Source of the DNA: Methanobacteriota archaeon
Lineage (GTDB): Archaea; Thermoplasmatota; Poseidoniia; MGIII; CG-Epi1
DNA: 64,000 bases
Reading direction: 5' to 3'
Assembly (NCBI GenBank): GCA_014240255.1
Contig: JAAZXG010000003.1
Span: forward strand, 7,087-71,086
The first letter of the stretch is position 1; each line of letters opens with the position of its first letter. The position numbers were made by a program, and so were the translations under genes. Shown here piece after piece: positions 32,085 to 42,343 of this stretch. The notes below the pieces were generated by a model, which searched no databases, was not told the DNA's origin, and saw only the letters and a program-made list of their open reading frames with translations.

Positions 32085-33704
32085 TTATAAAATGGTTTTA
32101 GGTTTGTATTCGCCCCATACTTTTCGAAGAGAATTACAAATTTCACCAATAGTAACTTTCGCACTTACGGCTTCAATTATGTAAGGCATTAAATTTTCAT
32201 CAGTATTTGCCTTTTGTTCAATTTTGTCTAAATAATCTGTTATTTTGGGTCTTTTGTGTCTTAAGATAGATAATTTGTTAATTTGTTTCTTTATAGACTG
32301 TTCATTTAACTTAGTTGTTTCTTCAGTATCTTCAGTTTCTTTGTCCAAGTACCTATTAACTCCGACTATTGTTCTTTCGTTAGTTTCAACTTCTTTTTGG
32401 AATTTGTAGGCAGAATCCATTATTTGCGACTGAACCCATCCTTCTTCGATACACTCTAGCATTCCGCCTTTGTCATCTATTTCTGTGATTAAAGCCATAG
32501 AACGGTCATAAAGTTCTTGGGTCATTTTCTCTATAGCATATGAACCTGCTAAGGGATCTACAGTATATGGAATTCCTGATTCTTCAGCGATTATTTGTTG
32601 TGTTCTCAAAGCCACTTTAGCAGCTTTTTCAGAGGGAAGACCTAGTGCTTCATCCAAAGCATTTGTGTGTAAACTTTGTGTTCCTCCAAGAACTGCAGAA
32701 AGGGCCTGTATTGCAGTTCTAACCACATTATTGTGTGGTTGCTGTGCGGTTAGTGTTGAACCCCCAGTTTGAGTATGGAACTTCATAGTCATTGATTTTT
32801 CATTTTTAGATCCAAATCTTTCAGATATGATATTAGCCCACAATTTTCTTGCAGCTCTAAACTTAGCAATTTCATAAAGAAAATCATTGTGTCCATTAAA
32901 GAAAAAAGTCATTCTCGGAGCAAAATCATCGATATTCAATCCTTTTTCGATTGCAGCCTCAACATATGCTATTCCGTTAGCAATTGTGAAAGCTAATTCC
33001 TGTTCAGCAGTACATCCTGCTTCTCTTATATGGTATCCAGAAACTGATATTGTATTCCAGTTAGGAACTTTTTCAGCACAATATTCGAACACATCAGTTG
33101 TTAGCCTCATCGAATGTTTTGGAGGGAAAATATAAGTTCCTCTAGCAATATATTCTTTCAAAATGTCATTTTGAATAGTTCCTCTTAATTTTTCTTGAGA
33201 CACTCCTTGATTCACACCAGTGGCAATGTACATTGCTAAGAGAATAGATGCTGGAGCATTGATTGTCATACTGGTTGATACTTTGTCGAGGGGAACTTGG
33301 TCGAATAAAGCATCCATGTCTTCCACAGAGTCAATAGCAACACCCACTTTTCCAACTTCACCTGTTGCCATGCTGTCATCACTGTCATAACCAATTTGAG
33401 TTGGTAAATCGAATGCTACGGAAAGGCCGTTTTGACCTTCCGAAAGTAAGTATCTGAATCTTTCATTTGTTTCTTTGGCAGTTCCAAATCCCGCATATTG
33501 CCTCATTGTCCATAATTTCCCCCTGTATCCAGTTGCATGTATGCCTCTCGTGTAAGGAAATTCTCCAGGTAATTCAATTTCAGAATCATTTACATCTTCA
33601 GGAGTGTTTAGTATATCTCGTTCATCTAACAAAGTTTCTTTTCTTTCTGGGTACTTCTCCAGAGTTGGCTTTAGCGTCTCATCTTCCCATCGTTTCTTAC
33701 TCAT
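32085..33704 (-). CDS. methylmalonyl-CoA mutase, large (substrate-binding) subunit
   Basis: [46 protein letters not shown]; no B12-binding domain. Confidence 0.95.
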   Translation of the reverse strand: MSKKRWEDETLKPTLEKYPERKETLLDERDILNTPEDVNDSEIELPGEFPYTRGIHATGYRGKLWTMRQYAGFGTAKETNERFRYLLSEGQNGLSVAFDLPTQIGYDSDDSMATGEVGKVGVAIDSVEDMDALFDQVPLDKVSTSMTINAPASILLAMYIATGVNQGVSQEKLRGTIQNDILKEYIARGTYIFPPKHSMRLTTDVFEYCAEKVPNWNTISVSGYHIREAGCTAEQELAFTIANGIAYVEAAIEKGLNIDDFAPRMTFFFNGHNDFLYEIAKFRAARKLWANIISERFGSKNEKSMTMKFHTQTGGSTLTAQQPHNNVVRTAIQALSAVLGGTQSLHTNALDEALGLPSEKAAKVALRTQQIIAEESGIPYTVDPLAGSYAIEKMTQELYDRSMALITEIDDKGGMLECIEEGWVQSQIMDSAYKFQKEVETNERTIVGVNRYLDKETEDTEETTKLNEQSIKKQINKLSILRHKRPKITDYLDKIEQKANTDENLMPYIIEAVSAKVTIGEICNSLRKVWGEYKPKTIL

Positions 33705-34413
33705 CTCTAGGCCTCTCAAAATGATTAATGTATATTAGCATTTTTTTGTGCAATTTTTCTGCAACTACTTTAGCCTGTCCAGCCTCTACTTTCATGGGCT
33801 CCAACCAGAAACAGTATACATTTGTTCTGATATTATCTTTATAAAAATCAATTATACTGCGAAAAAGGTCTTTTTCTTTTCCAGTGCTTCCCCAATCCAC
33901 TAGTGGATTATCATAACAGAAAACTAGAGGTTGTATCATGTGTCCCGTATTTTCAGCAGCCTTGAAAACTCCCATTTTGAATGGATCTAAATCACCATAA
34001 GATGACGTAGTTCCCTCTGGAAAAATCCACAAGGGGTCTTTAGCTGCATTCCATTGGTTTAATTGATTTATAACTCCAGTTCGGGATTTTCTATTTTCAC
34101 GTTTAACCCATAACATTCCTACTTTTTCAGCAATGGCGCCAAAAAGAAGATAATCTCGTACTTCTATTTTAGAAACTGCACCTCCTGCTTTTAGAGCAAG
34201 TACAACGACTGGATCAAGATAACTAGTATGATTTGCAGCTAAAAAACCAGGTTGAGGTTTTCCATGGACATATATTTTCATATTATATCGTTTGGAAAGC
34301 TTCCGGGCTCTAATTGTTATTAATTTCTTGTATTCTTCTTTAGTGTATAAGCTAGTTTCAAGCCTTAATCTAACAAAAAAGTATACAAAATATAGGAGTT
34401 CGAATAACCACAC
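33697..34413 (-). CDS. plsC: 1-acyl-sn-glycerol-3-phosphate acyltransferase (PlsC/LPLAT family)
   Basis: Catalytic NHTSYLD (HX4D), WVKR, FPEGT, FKMGVF, QPL motifs. Confidence 0.88.
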   Translation of the reverse strand: MWLFELLYFVYFFVRLRLETSLYTKEEYKKLITIRARKLSKRYNMKIYVHGKPQPGFLAANHTSYLDPVVVLALKAGGAVSKIEVRDYLLFGAIAEKVGMLWVKRENRKSRTGVINQLNQWNAAKDPLWIFPEGTTSSYGDLDPFKMGVFKAAENTGHMIQPLVFCYDNPLVDWGSTGKEKDLFRSIIDFYKDNIRTNVYCFWLEPMKVEAGQAKVVAEKLHKKMLIYINHFERPRDE

Positions 34414-34454
34414 TAATGCCCTATGGGTTTGCAGTTAAAAAGAAAACTCTTTAC

Positions 34455-35069
34455 TTAAATTAATGGAGCTTCGAAATCATCAATGGTTTCATCAAGTTCT
34501 TCATCAGAACCAAGTGCCCCATTAATTCTCAATATTTCTCTTGCCATTAACCAGTAAATCAAAGCAAGCGAACGTCTTCCTTTGTTATTACCTGGTATTA
34601 CAATATCAATATCGGTAGTTAAATTGTTAGAATCACACATGGCCACTACGGGAATATTAATGTTTATGGCTTCTCTAAATGCCTGAGCATCAGCTGCCGG
34701 ATCAGTTAGAACGATAACTTTCGGTTCTATATAGAATTGCATTTCAGGGTTTGTTAATCTACCCGGTGTAAATCTTCCAGCAATACATGTAAATCCACAA
34801 TTCGTTGCAAATTTCTTTGCAGGTTTCCAACCATATTGTCTTGCAGAAACAACTAAAACATCTTTTGCTTCATATTCTTTGAGAAAATTAGCAGCTTCTG
34901 TGATTTTTTCTGAGGTCTTATTTACATTAAGTATTCGTAACCCATCATCTCTTACTTTGTATACGTAAGGTTCCATGTCTTTGCTCTTTTGCTTTGTCCC
35001 AATATGGACTCCACAGGTGAGGAAAGTATCCTCGTCAATGAGCAGTTCTTTTGCTTCGACTTCAGTCAT
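34455..35069 (-). CDS. rps2: 30S ribosomal protein S2 (uS2)
   Basis: GVHIGT, GRFTPG.LTN, DPAADAQA, PGNNKGRRSL. Confidence 0.97.
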   Translation of the reverse strand: MTEVEAKELLIDEDTFLTCGVHIGTKQKSKDMEPYVYKVRDDGLRILNVNKTSEKITEAANFLKEYEAKDVLVVSARQYGWKPAKKFATNCGFTCIAGRFTPGRLTNPEMQFYIEPKVIVLTDPAADAQAFREAININIPVVAMCDSNNLTTDIDIVIPGNNKGRRSLALIYWLMAREILRINGALGSDEELDETIDDFEAPLI

Positions 35070-36259
35070 CAGAGTTCCTCGCTGATTCGGACCAGTTCAT
35101 TAAGCTTTGCAATCCTTTCACCGCCCATAATTCCAGTTTTAATTGCATGCGAATCAAAAGCTACACCTAGATGAGCAATGGTTGTATCAGTTGTTTCACC
35201 ACTGCGGTGTGAAATAACAGTGGCCATGTCTGCTTGTTTAGCTAATTCCACTGCATTAATTGTATCAGTTAAGGTACCTATTTGATTAGGTTTAATCAGA
35301 ATTGAATTCGTTGAATTCATTTCTATGCCTTTTTGCAATCGTTCTGTATTTGTAACATATAGGTCATCGCCTATAATCAATGCATCAGTTTGCTCAGTTA
35401 AAAGCGCCCATGACTCAAAATCTTCTTGATCAAGTGGATCTTCAACTGAATGCAAATTATATTCTTCTATCATGCCTAATACAAAATCTACTTGTTCTTC
35501 AGGCGTTAAAGTTTGTTCTTTATATCTATACTTTCCATCATGATAAAATTCACTTGCAGCAATATCTAGTCCAGGTCTAATTTCTACTCCCGTTTCTTGC
35601 TCAATTTGATTTGCAGCTCTAACTACCAATTCAAGAGCTTCAATATTATCTAAGGGGGCAACCCAAGCTCCCTCATCTCCTTTACCTAATGCGATATTTG
35701 GAAATTTGTCTTTTAACAAAGAGCCCACTTTCTTGTGAACCATTGCATTTGCTTCAATGGCTGTATTGATGTCTTTATCGAAAGAAGTAACTAAATATTC
35801 TTGTATGTCAGTTCCGCCAATTGCATGAGCACCACCTCCCAAAACATTTGCCATTGGTGCTGGAAGTGAATATTTTGTTTTATTGCCTATGTGGTGATAT
35901 AAGCTAATATTCTTAGAATTTGCAGCTGCTTTTGCGGCAGCTAATGAAAATGCTACACTAACATTTCCTCCCATATTTCTAAAATTATTTGTTCCATCAG
36001 TTTCTTTTAGAAGACTATCAAAGGATTTTTGTTCATCAACGTTTTTTCCAATTAATTCAGGCATTAAGTTTTCTTCGGCAAATTGTATTCCTTTCGACAC
36101 CTCACCATTCGGCCAAGCTACTGCTTCATGAGTTCCTGTTGAAGCACCAGCAGGTGCAGCTGCTCTTCCAAATCCAGACTTCGTCTTAATTTCAGCTTCT
36201 ACAGTAGGGTTTCCCCTAGAATCAATAATTCTACGTATTGCAACGTCTTCAATAATCAC
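35069..36259 (-). CDS. eno: enolase
   Basis: DSRGNPTVE, GASTG.HEA, EDP, IKPNQIGT, SHRSGET. Confidence 0.97.
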   Translation of the reverse strand: MIIEDVAIRRIIDSRGNPTVEAEIKTKSGFGRAAAPAGASTGTHEAVAWPNGEVSKGIQFAEENLMPELIGKNVDEQKSFDSLLKETDGTNNFRNMGGNVSVAFSLAAAKAAANSKNISLYHHIGNKTKYSLPAPMANVLGGGAHAIGGTDIQEYLVTSFDKDINTAIEANAMVHKKVGSLLKDKFPNIALGKGDEGAWVAPLDNIEALELVVRAANQIEQETGVEIRPGLDIAASEFYHDGKYRYKEQTLTPEEQVDFVLGMIEEYNLHSVEDPLDQEDFESWALLTEQTDALIIGDDLYVTNTERLQKGIEMNSTNSILIKPNQIGTLTDTINAVELAKQADMATVISHRSGETTDTTIAHLGVAFDSHAIKTGIMGGERIAKLNELVRISEEL

Positions 36260-36438
36260 TTATTCTCGCGGTCTACAATATCAATTGGAATTACACCTTG
36301 ATCGTATTCCATTTGAGCAATTATTACGGGGTCAATAATTTCTTTAGGCACTTTAATGTCAACTGGAGCACCCATAGAAATCTGAAGAGCTCTAGCTCCT
36401 ATTACGCGCGCTTTTTCAAATCTTGAATGTTCTCTCAA
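36256..36438 (-). CDS. rpoK: RNA polymerase subunit K (Rpo6)
   Basis: SRFEKARVIGARALQISMGAP. Confidence 0.97.
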   Translation of the reverse strand: MREHSRFEKARVIGARALQISMGAPVDIKVPKEIIDPVIIAQMEYDQGVIPIDIVDRENK

Positions 36439-36642
36439 ATTTATACCAACTTCCCGATACTAAACTCGGGGTCCTTCGCTAATGAGACAACTATAAAAGC
36501 TTTCCTAATTACTTTGAATTGTCAAAAACTTGTTTAAAAATACGAATTGAATTTTTCAGAAACTATTTAAATACGTTCTATGATGCCTAAAGTTACCCTG
36601 AGTCCTAGATTAGGGTATGTAGAACGCAAAAAAGGTGAAATA

Positions 36643-38670
36643 ATGGAACAAAACATGAAAACTTTCGGTGTTATCTTAGCAACTCTAGCTATGATTGCAT
36701 CAGTTTTAGTTATGCCAGTCGCAAGTGCAGAAGACGGTGATCTCCAAGCTACAATTAGTGGTGACGATGGTTCGACTTCTTTCGCTTCTGAACATGGTAC
36801 TGCAGTTTTTACTGTAGCGATATCAAGTGCAACAGGTGCAGCCCATACAAATGTGGCAATTGCCGTATCGTTTGAGGGTTGGTTGGATGGTAATAATTCA
36901 GCTACAATTGATGACTGTAGTGGCGGTACTGAATATAATTTGTCTGAAGGAGGAACTAGTTCAGCTTGTATTTCAGTGAATATGAGTTCTTCAGGTAACT
37001 CAGTAGGTAATTCGGTGGATATGATTGTTACAGTCACTTCAAATGAAGATGCTGATGGAACAAGTACTAACGGCTTGATAAAAATTTCTAACTGGATGAT
37101 TTCATCTGCTGACGGTGTCCAATCATATTCGGAAAATGTTACACACGATTACACTATAACTGTGGAAAACATCATGGTTGATGTAGATGGTAACGGTGTT
37201 AATTTAGATGAGCCCGTTTATATTACATTAGTAGAAATCAGTGGCGGATGGAATGTAGATAGTGCTGACAGTTCTTGGAATAAAGCAGATTTAACTGCAA
37301 CAATTGAATTCATTTCAGCAGACAGCTCTTATGATTTAGTATTGCAGATTCAATTGGTGGGTGAGATCGTGACTTCTTCTTCATATACTGGAGCGCCAGC
37401 AACTATTGGTTTCAATGCTTATGATAACTCAGAAACGCCATTCACAACTTTCATATTTCTTCAAGCAGAAATAGCTACTTTTTATGGAGTTGGAGTTACC
37501 TCATCAAGTGATGAATCTGATGTCTGGGACCCAACGACAACACTAGTAGACAATGGGTGTAATGGTGTAGCTGCAGGAATTGGTTGGGATGTTTCAGTGT
37601 TTAATTTTGGTAATGATAGAGATACTTTTGATGTTACATTTGACACCGCCGATGCAGGTTCTGCAGGCTGGACAGTAAATGGAGCAACTTCATTCACAAC
37701 TGATTTATTAGAACCTAAAGCAAATGATGGTGTTAGTACAATGCAAGTAGGCCTTATAGTTCCAACAGGTTTAGCAGCAGGTACAACACATAGTTTTTCA
37801 ATGACTGCAACTTCAAGTGGTGATGATACAAAATCCCGAACACAAACATTCTCAGCAACAGTAGCACAATGTTATGGTTTGGATATGACTGTAGATAGTA
37901 TGATGAATAGTGTAAATCCCGGTAGTAGTACAGATTTTACTTTTACAGTATCTAATAATGGTAATGGAGATGATACTTTCACTTACATGGTTATGGGTGC
38001 AGCAACTTGGAATCCGTCTTTAGGATCTTCTGAAACAGAAGTAGCTAGTGGAGAAAGTGGTCAAAATGTATTGACTGTCACAGTTCCAGCAGATGCTAGT
38101 TCAGATGCAGTCAGTGGAATGATTATGGTACATGCATATTCAGAAGTATGTGGTGACGACAGAGAAGATTGTGACTTTGAAGTTTCACAAACTGTCAGTG
38201 TATCAGCTAATCAAGTTTTTGATTTAACTGCAGGATATTATACTAATGAAACAGGCGCCGTTAAGGACAGTATTTCAGTTCAAGAAGGTATGGCTGTTCA
38301 GATGAAAGTTACAGTTACTAATAACGGAAATGGTATCGATCAAGTAACCTTATCTCTTGATGATAATGCACCTTCTTGGGTAACTATCTCGGCTGATCCA
38401 ATCTTAGTAGGACCTGGCTTGACTGAAACAATTTCAATAACTGCCATGGCTTCAGGTGCACTAGGAGATCATACTTTCCAAGTTATAGCAACTTCATCAG
38501 ATACGACAGTTACTTCAACCACTGATGCCTTAACTATAACAATCACAGAAAAGGGAACTGGAAGTGGACCAATTACTGAAGATGTTGAAGATGATGATTC
38601 GCCAGGGTTTGGAGCTATATCTGCAATTGCAGTATTAGGTGTAGTTCTTCTTCTACGTCGTAGGTCATAG
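36643..38670 (+). CDS. secreted Ig-repeat (COG1470/NEW3-like) surface protein with PGF-CTERM sorting signal
   Basis: Signal peptide; repeated N.GN..D.F strands; C-terminal DDDSPGF + TM + RRRS; GGTGA RBS before ATG 36643. Confidence 0.88.
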   Translation: MEQNMKTFGVILATLAMIASVLVMPVASAEDGDLQATISGDDGSTSFASEHGTAVFTVAISSATGAAHTNVAIAVSFEGWLDGNNSATIDDCSGGTEYNLSEGGTSSACISVNMSSSGNSVGNSVDMIVTVTSNEDADGTSTNGLIKISNWMISSADGVQSYSENVTHDYTITVENIMVDVDGNGVNLDEPVYITLVEISGGWNVDSADSSWNKADLTATIEFISADSSYDLVLQIQLVGEIVTSSSYTGAPATIGFNAYDNSETPFTTFIFLQAEIATFYGVGVTSSSDESDVWDPTTTLVDNGCNGVAAGIGWDVSVFNFGNDRDTFDVTFDTADAGSAGWTVNGATSFTTDLLEPKANDGVSTMQVGLIVPTGLAAGTTHSFSMTATSSGDDTKSRTQTFSATVAQCYGLDMTVDSMMNSVNPGSSTDFTFTVSNNGNGDDTFTYMVMGAATWNPSLGSSETEVASGESGQNVLTVTVPADASSDAVSGMIMVHAYSEVCGDDREDCDFEVSQTVSVSANQVFDLTAGYYTNETGAVKDSISVQEGMAVQMKVTVTNNGNGIDQVTLSLDDNAPSWVTISADPILVGPGLTETISITAMASGALGDHTFQVIATSSDTTVTSTTDALTITITEKGTGSGPITEDVEDDDSPGFGAISAIAVLGVVLLLRRRS

Positions 38671-38680
38671 GAGAATTTAA

Positions 38681-40666
38681 ATGCAAAGTAATCGTAGACA
38701 AATTTTGTCATTTGTAGCTATTTTAATGATGGTTGTGTCTGCTTTTGCTTTCACGCCATCTGCAAGAGCTGAAGGTTCTCTTGATACTTCATTAGAAGGT
38801 TTTTACAATGTGTATTCGTTTGCATCAGTCAATGGGACTGCAGAATATGATCTCACACTAACTAATAATGGTGATGCTGATTTTGAAACCGTTTCAATAA
38901 CTGCCTCGTTTCAGGACACTAGCTGGGAGACTGCAAATGTTACATTTTCAACCTCTGAAGATAGCAATAATCAAACTTTTTCATTACCCTTAGCAGCTGG
39001 AGGATTAGCTCAAGTTCATGTTTCGGTTTTCGTAAGTAGTGACGCTAAAATTGATTTTGCGGAAGTACCTTTAACTCTTGATATTAATGCAGACGGTGCA
39101 GAGTCTAGTATAACTGCAATTGTATGTGTAACTAATTGGATAGCATACCAATCAAATTTCCCTTCCCCATTAGAATTGAATACTTACAATAAAGGCGATA
39201 ATTATACTTATAATTTAACAGTTAAGAATATTGCTGTGACTATGAATCCAGATCATACTACCTCTCCGGTAGACATAACTGATATGATTCAATTACAGTA
39301 TTCTTCACTTTCCGGATGGTCTGTAACCAGTACTGATGAATCTTGGCATCCATTTTATGGAGGTCAACTAGATGGTATGTTGGCAGATCAAGTTAAGACA
39401 TGGGAAGTAACAGTCAACTTAACAGGTAATGTTAAGGCAGGCGAAGACATTCTTAATTTCCAAGCATCTAGTACTAATCCCGATGATCCTTTTGGCATGC
39501 CTTATTATCAACCTTATGGACTTACTATAATTCCAGTTAGTGCAGTCGAATGGTACGGTGTTGGGTCTTCAGGTGGGGGAATGCGTAATGCAGATATAAA
39601 TGAAGGTTCTTCAATTCAAACTTGGTCTGTAGGCGTTAGTAATTTCGGTAACACAGCAGATACATTTGATTTAACTTGGAATTTAGATAATATTCCAGCA
39701 GGGTGGACAATTAGTGCTACACCAACGACTTCAGGTTCCATAGACTGGCAAGGTTCAACTAATTTCGACGTATCATTAACGGTACCTGCAGATGCATTAT
39801 CAGGAAGTTCAGCGTCATTTTCAATGACTGCAACATCAAGCTCTTCGTCAATTGAAACTAGTTCTCAGACTTTTGAAGTCATGGTTGATCAACATTATGG
39901 AGTTTCAATGGAAGTAGATACTGAGTCTAAAAATGGAGTTCCAGGTTCAACGGTCGAATTTAGTTTCAATCTAACGAATACTGGTAATGGCGAAGATACC
40001 TTTGATATTGCTATTGAAGGACCTACTATGTGGTCACCAATGTCAAGTACTACTTCGTTAATGGTTGGTGCCGTAAGTTCAGGACAGTTTTTAGTTTCAG
40101 TTATGGTTCCAAGTACAATGCCTGCAGATTCGAATAGTGGTGATATTACGGTTACAGTTACTTCTTCAGATGGTGTAACTGCTGTAAATTCAACAATTTC
40201 TGTTGTTTCATCACAAGTTTTCTCTATAAATATTGCTTATGTGGCAGGTTCTGATGGAATTGTGACTATTAGTGGGGATACTTCATTACAAATTAAACTT
40301 AATATAACTAATAATGGGAATGGTATAGATACCCTTTCATTAAAATTGGTTAATGCACCTGATTGGGCTACATTAGGTGCAGATACGCTAACTGTAGGGC
40401 CTATTCCAGTTCCTTTAGTAATTACATTGTCACCAGATAATGCCGCAGTTTCTGGAAGAGATTATACTTTCCAAGTTATTGCAACATCATTAGATGGTAC
40501 AGAATGGACAAGTCCCGATTTGACTGCTGAGATTGAAGCTCAAAAGATAGATAATACTGATGTTCAAGAAGAAGTATTAGATGAAGAAGATGATAGTCCT
40601 GGTTTTGGTATTTTAGCTTCATTACTTGCTTTTACATTTGTGGTCTATGGCCGTAGGAAAGATTAG
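38681..40666 (+). CDS. paralogous secreted Ig-repeat surface protein with PGF-CTERM sorting signal
   Basis: Same architecture and collinear motifs; C-terminal EDDSPGF + TM + RRKD. Confidence 0.88.
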   Translation: MQSNRRQILSFVAILMMVVSAFAFTPSARAEGSLDTSLEGFYNVYSFASVNGTAEYDLTLTNNGDADFETVSITASFQDTSWETANVTFSTSEDSNNQTFSLPLAAGGLAQVHVSVFVSSDAKIDFAEVPLTLDINADGAESSITAIVCVTNWIAYQSNFPSPLELNTYNKGDNYTYNLTVKNIAVTMNPDHTTSPVDITDMIQLQYSSLSGWSVTSTDESWHPFYGGQLDGMLADQVKTWEVTVNLTGNVKAGEDILNFQASSTNPDDPFGMPYYQPYGLTIIPVSAVEWYGVGSSGGGMRNADINEGSSIQTWSVGVSNFGNTADTFDLTWNLDNIPAGWTISATPTTSGSIDWQGSTNFDVSLTVPADALSGSSASFSMTATSSSSSIETSSQTFEVMVDQHYGVSMEVDTESKNGVPGSTVEFSFNLTNTGNGEDTFDIAIEGPTMWSPMSSTTSLMVGAVSSGQFLVSVMVPSTMPADSNSGDITVTVTSSDGVTAVNSTISVVSSQVFSINIAYVAGSDGIVTISGDTSLQIKLNITNNGNGIDTLSLKLVNAPDWATLGADTLTVGPIPVPLVITLSPDNAAVSGRDYTFQVIATSLDGTEWTSPDLTAEIEAQKIDNTDVQEEVLDEEDDSPGFGILASLLAFTFVVYGRRKD

Positions 40667-40708
40667 TTTTAATCTATATCTTATAATTCACAAGCCTTTA
40701 GCAATAAA

Positions 40709-41518
40709 ATGAATGATACTTTAGAAGCGTGGTTGGCAGAGGATTTGGGTAAAGGAGATTTTACAAGTGAATCCGTTATTCCAAATGCTTATTGTCAAGC
40801 TCTAATTAATGGCGGACCAGGTAATCTTTCAGGAATAGATTTAGTTAATAATTTGTTAAGTAAAATGAACGTTATTTTTAGTACTAATTTTAAGGATGGG
40901 GATAAAATATCAGATAATGAATTGATATATGAATTGAGAGGTAATTCCCATGATATTATGAAAATTGAAAGACTGTCTCTCAATATACTATCACATTTTA
41001 GTGGTATTGCTACTTTGACTGCAAAGTTAGTTAAACTTACTAAAAAAATTAATCCTAATGTTGTCATTCTTGCTACACGTAAGACTATTCCAGGGATTAG
41101 GGAATTTTCTAAGAGAGCTGTAGTACATGGAGGAGGTATGACTCACAGGCTTAGGTTAGATGATGCAATATTGATTAAGGACAATCATTTGAAATTATCC
41201 AGTAGTATTGTAGAAGCTGTTAGAAAGTCCAAAGAAAGTCATCCGAATTTAACAATTGAAGTTGAAGTAGATACAATCGCCCAAGCCCTTGAGGTTACAA
41301 AATCGAAGGCCGACCGGGTAATGCTTGATAATTTCAGTCCCAAAGAAGTATCTGAAGCTGTTTCTAAAATAAGACAAATATCGGATATTGAAATTGAAGT
41401 ATCGGGAGGTATCAATTCAACCAATATAGCTAGTTATGCACCTTATGCTGATTTTATAAGTATGAGTAGTTTAACAATGTCAGCGCCACCAGTTGATTTT
41501 TCACTACATGTCATTTAA
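40709..41518 (+). CDS. nadC: quinolinate phosphoribosyltransferase
   Basis: ED...D.TS, ER..LN, SGIAT, TRKT.PG, HR..L.D.ILIKDNH, MLDN, SGGI. Confidence 0.96.
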   Translation: MNDTLEAWLAEDLGKGDFTSESVIPNAYCQALINGGPGNLSGIDLVNNLLSKMNVIFSTNFKDGDKISDNELIYELRGNSHDIMKIERLSLNILSHFSGIATLTAKLVKLTKKINPNVVILATRKTIPGIREFSKRAVVHGGGMTHRLRLDDAILIKDNHLKLSSSIVEAVRKSKESHPNLTIEVEVDTIAQALEVTKSKADRVMLDNFSPKEVSEAVSKIRQISDIEIEVSGGINSTNIASYAPYADFISMSSLTMSAPPVDFSLHVI

Positions 41519-41963
41519 AATCAGAATTCTTTGCTTTGATCAAGACGATCCTAAAAAATGCACAGCAAAAAGATTAGAGAAGTTTGGCCATTCCGATAAC
41601 TACAGTTCTTTTCGAAATTTGCCACCCCAAGGCATTGTGTTAGATCCTTTTTCAGATGTTATTTTGTCTAAGAGTGATAAAATTCTTGCAGAAATAGGAG
41701 GAATTGTTGGCGTTGATTGTTCTTGGAATATGGCTCATGAGACTTTTTCAAAACTTAGGTTGATGGGTTTAGAACCTCGTAGTTTACCTGGAATTGTACC
41801 TGTAAATCCAGTTAATGCAGGCAAAGTAGGTAAGTTGACAACAGCTGAAGCAATAGCTAGTGCATTAATGATCTGCGGGGACAAAGTTCAAGCCGAACAG
41901 ATTATGTCAAGATTCAAATGGGGGCCTGCTTTTTTGGTTCTTAATAAAATCTTTTGGAAATAA
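41508..41963 (+). CDS. tsr3: Tsr3 16S rRNA aminocarboxypropyltransferase (DUF367)
   Basis: DDPKKCT, DCSW, R.LP..VPVNPVN.G...L.TAEA, FKWG..FL.LN. Confidence 0.92.
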   Translation: MSFKIRILCFDQDDPKKCTAKRLEKFGHSDNYSSFRNLPPQGIVLDPFSDVILSKSDKILAEIGGIVGVDCSWNMAHETFSKLRLMGLEPRSLPGIVPVNPVNAGKVGKLTTAEAIASALMICGDKVQAEQIMSRFKWGPAFLVLNKIFWK

Positions 41964-42006
41964 AAAATACTATAAACTACCTCAAGATAGTCAATACCTT
42001 ATAATT

Positions 42007-42309
42007 ATGGAAACAGTTACTGAGAGTGAATCAGATATTTGCTTTAATGGTGACAATCACCGTCTTTTCATAGAGGGCAGAGGATTTGATTTTCATAAAT
42101 TTGTAGTTAATCATAATGGTTCTGCTAATTTAGAATTATTTAGTTCTGAAAATCTTCTTTATACGTTGTTAGATTTCGAAGAACCACGTGTAATTTACGT
42201 AGTATCTAGGCTTGGAAGTAAAGATTTAATTTTACAAGGTTGTGTTATTAGAGAAATAATAGGTAATGAATGTTCCATATCATATTCTAAATTACAATCA
42301 GAATCATAA
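42007..42309 (+). CDS. hypothetical protein
   Basis: Clean 100-aa ORF filling the gap; no motif recognised. Confidence 0.65.
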   Translation: METVTESESDICFNGDNHRLFIEGRGFDFHKFVVNHNGSANLELFSSENLLYTLLDFEEPRVIYVVSRLGSKDLILQGCVIREIIGNECSISYSKLQSES

Positions 42310-42343
42310 GTGGCTTAATTTACTGCGTTCGTTGTAACTTAAT

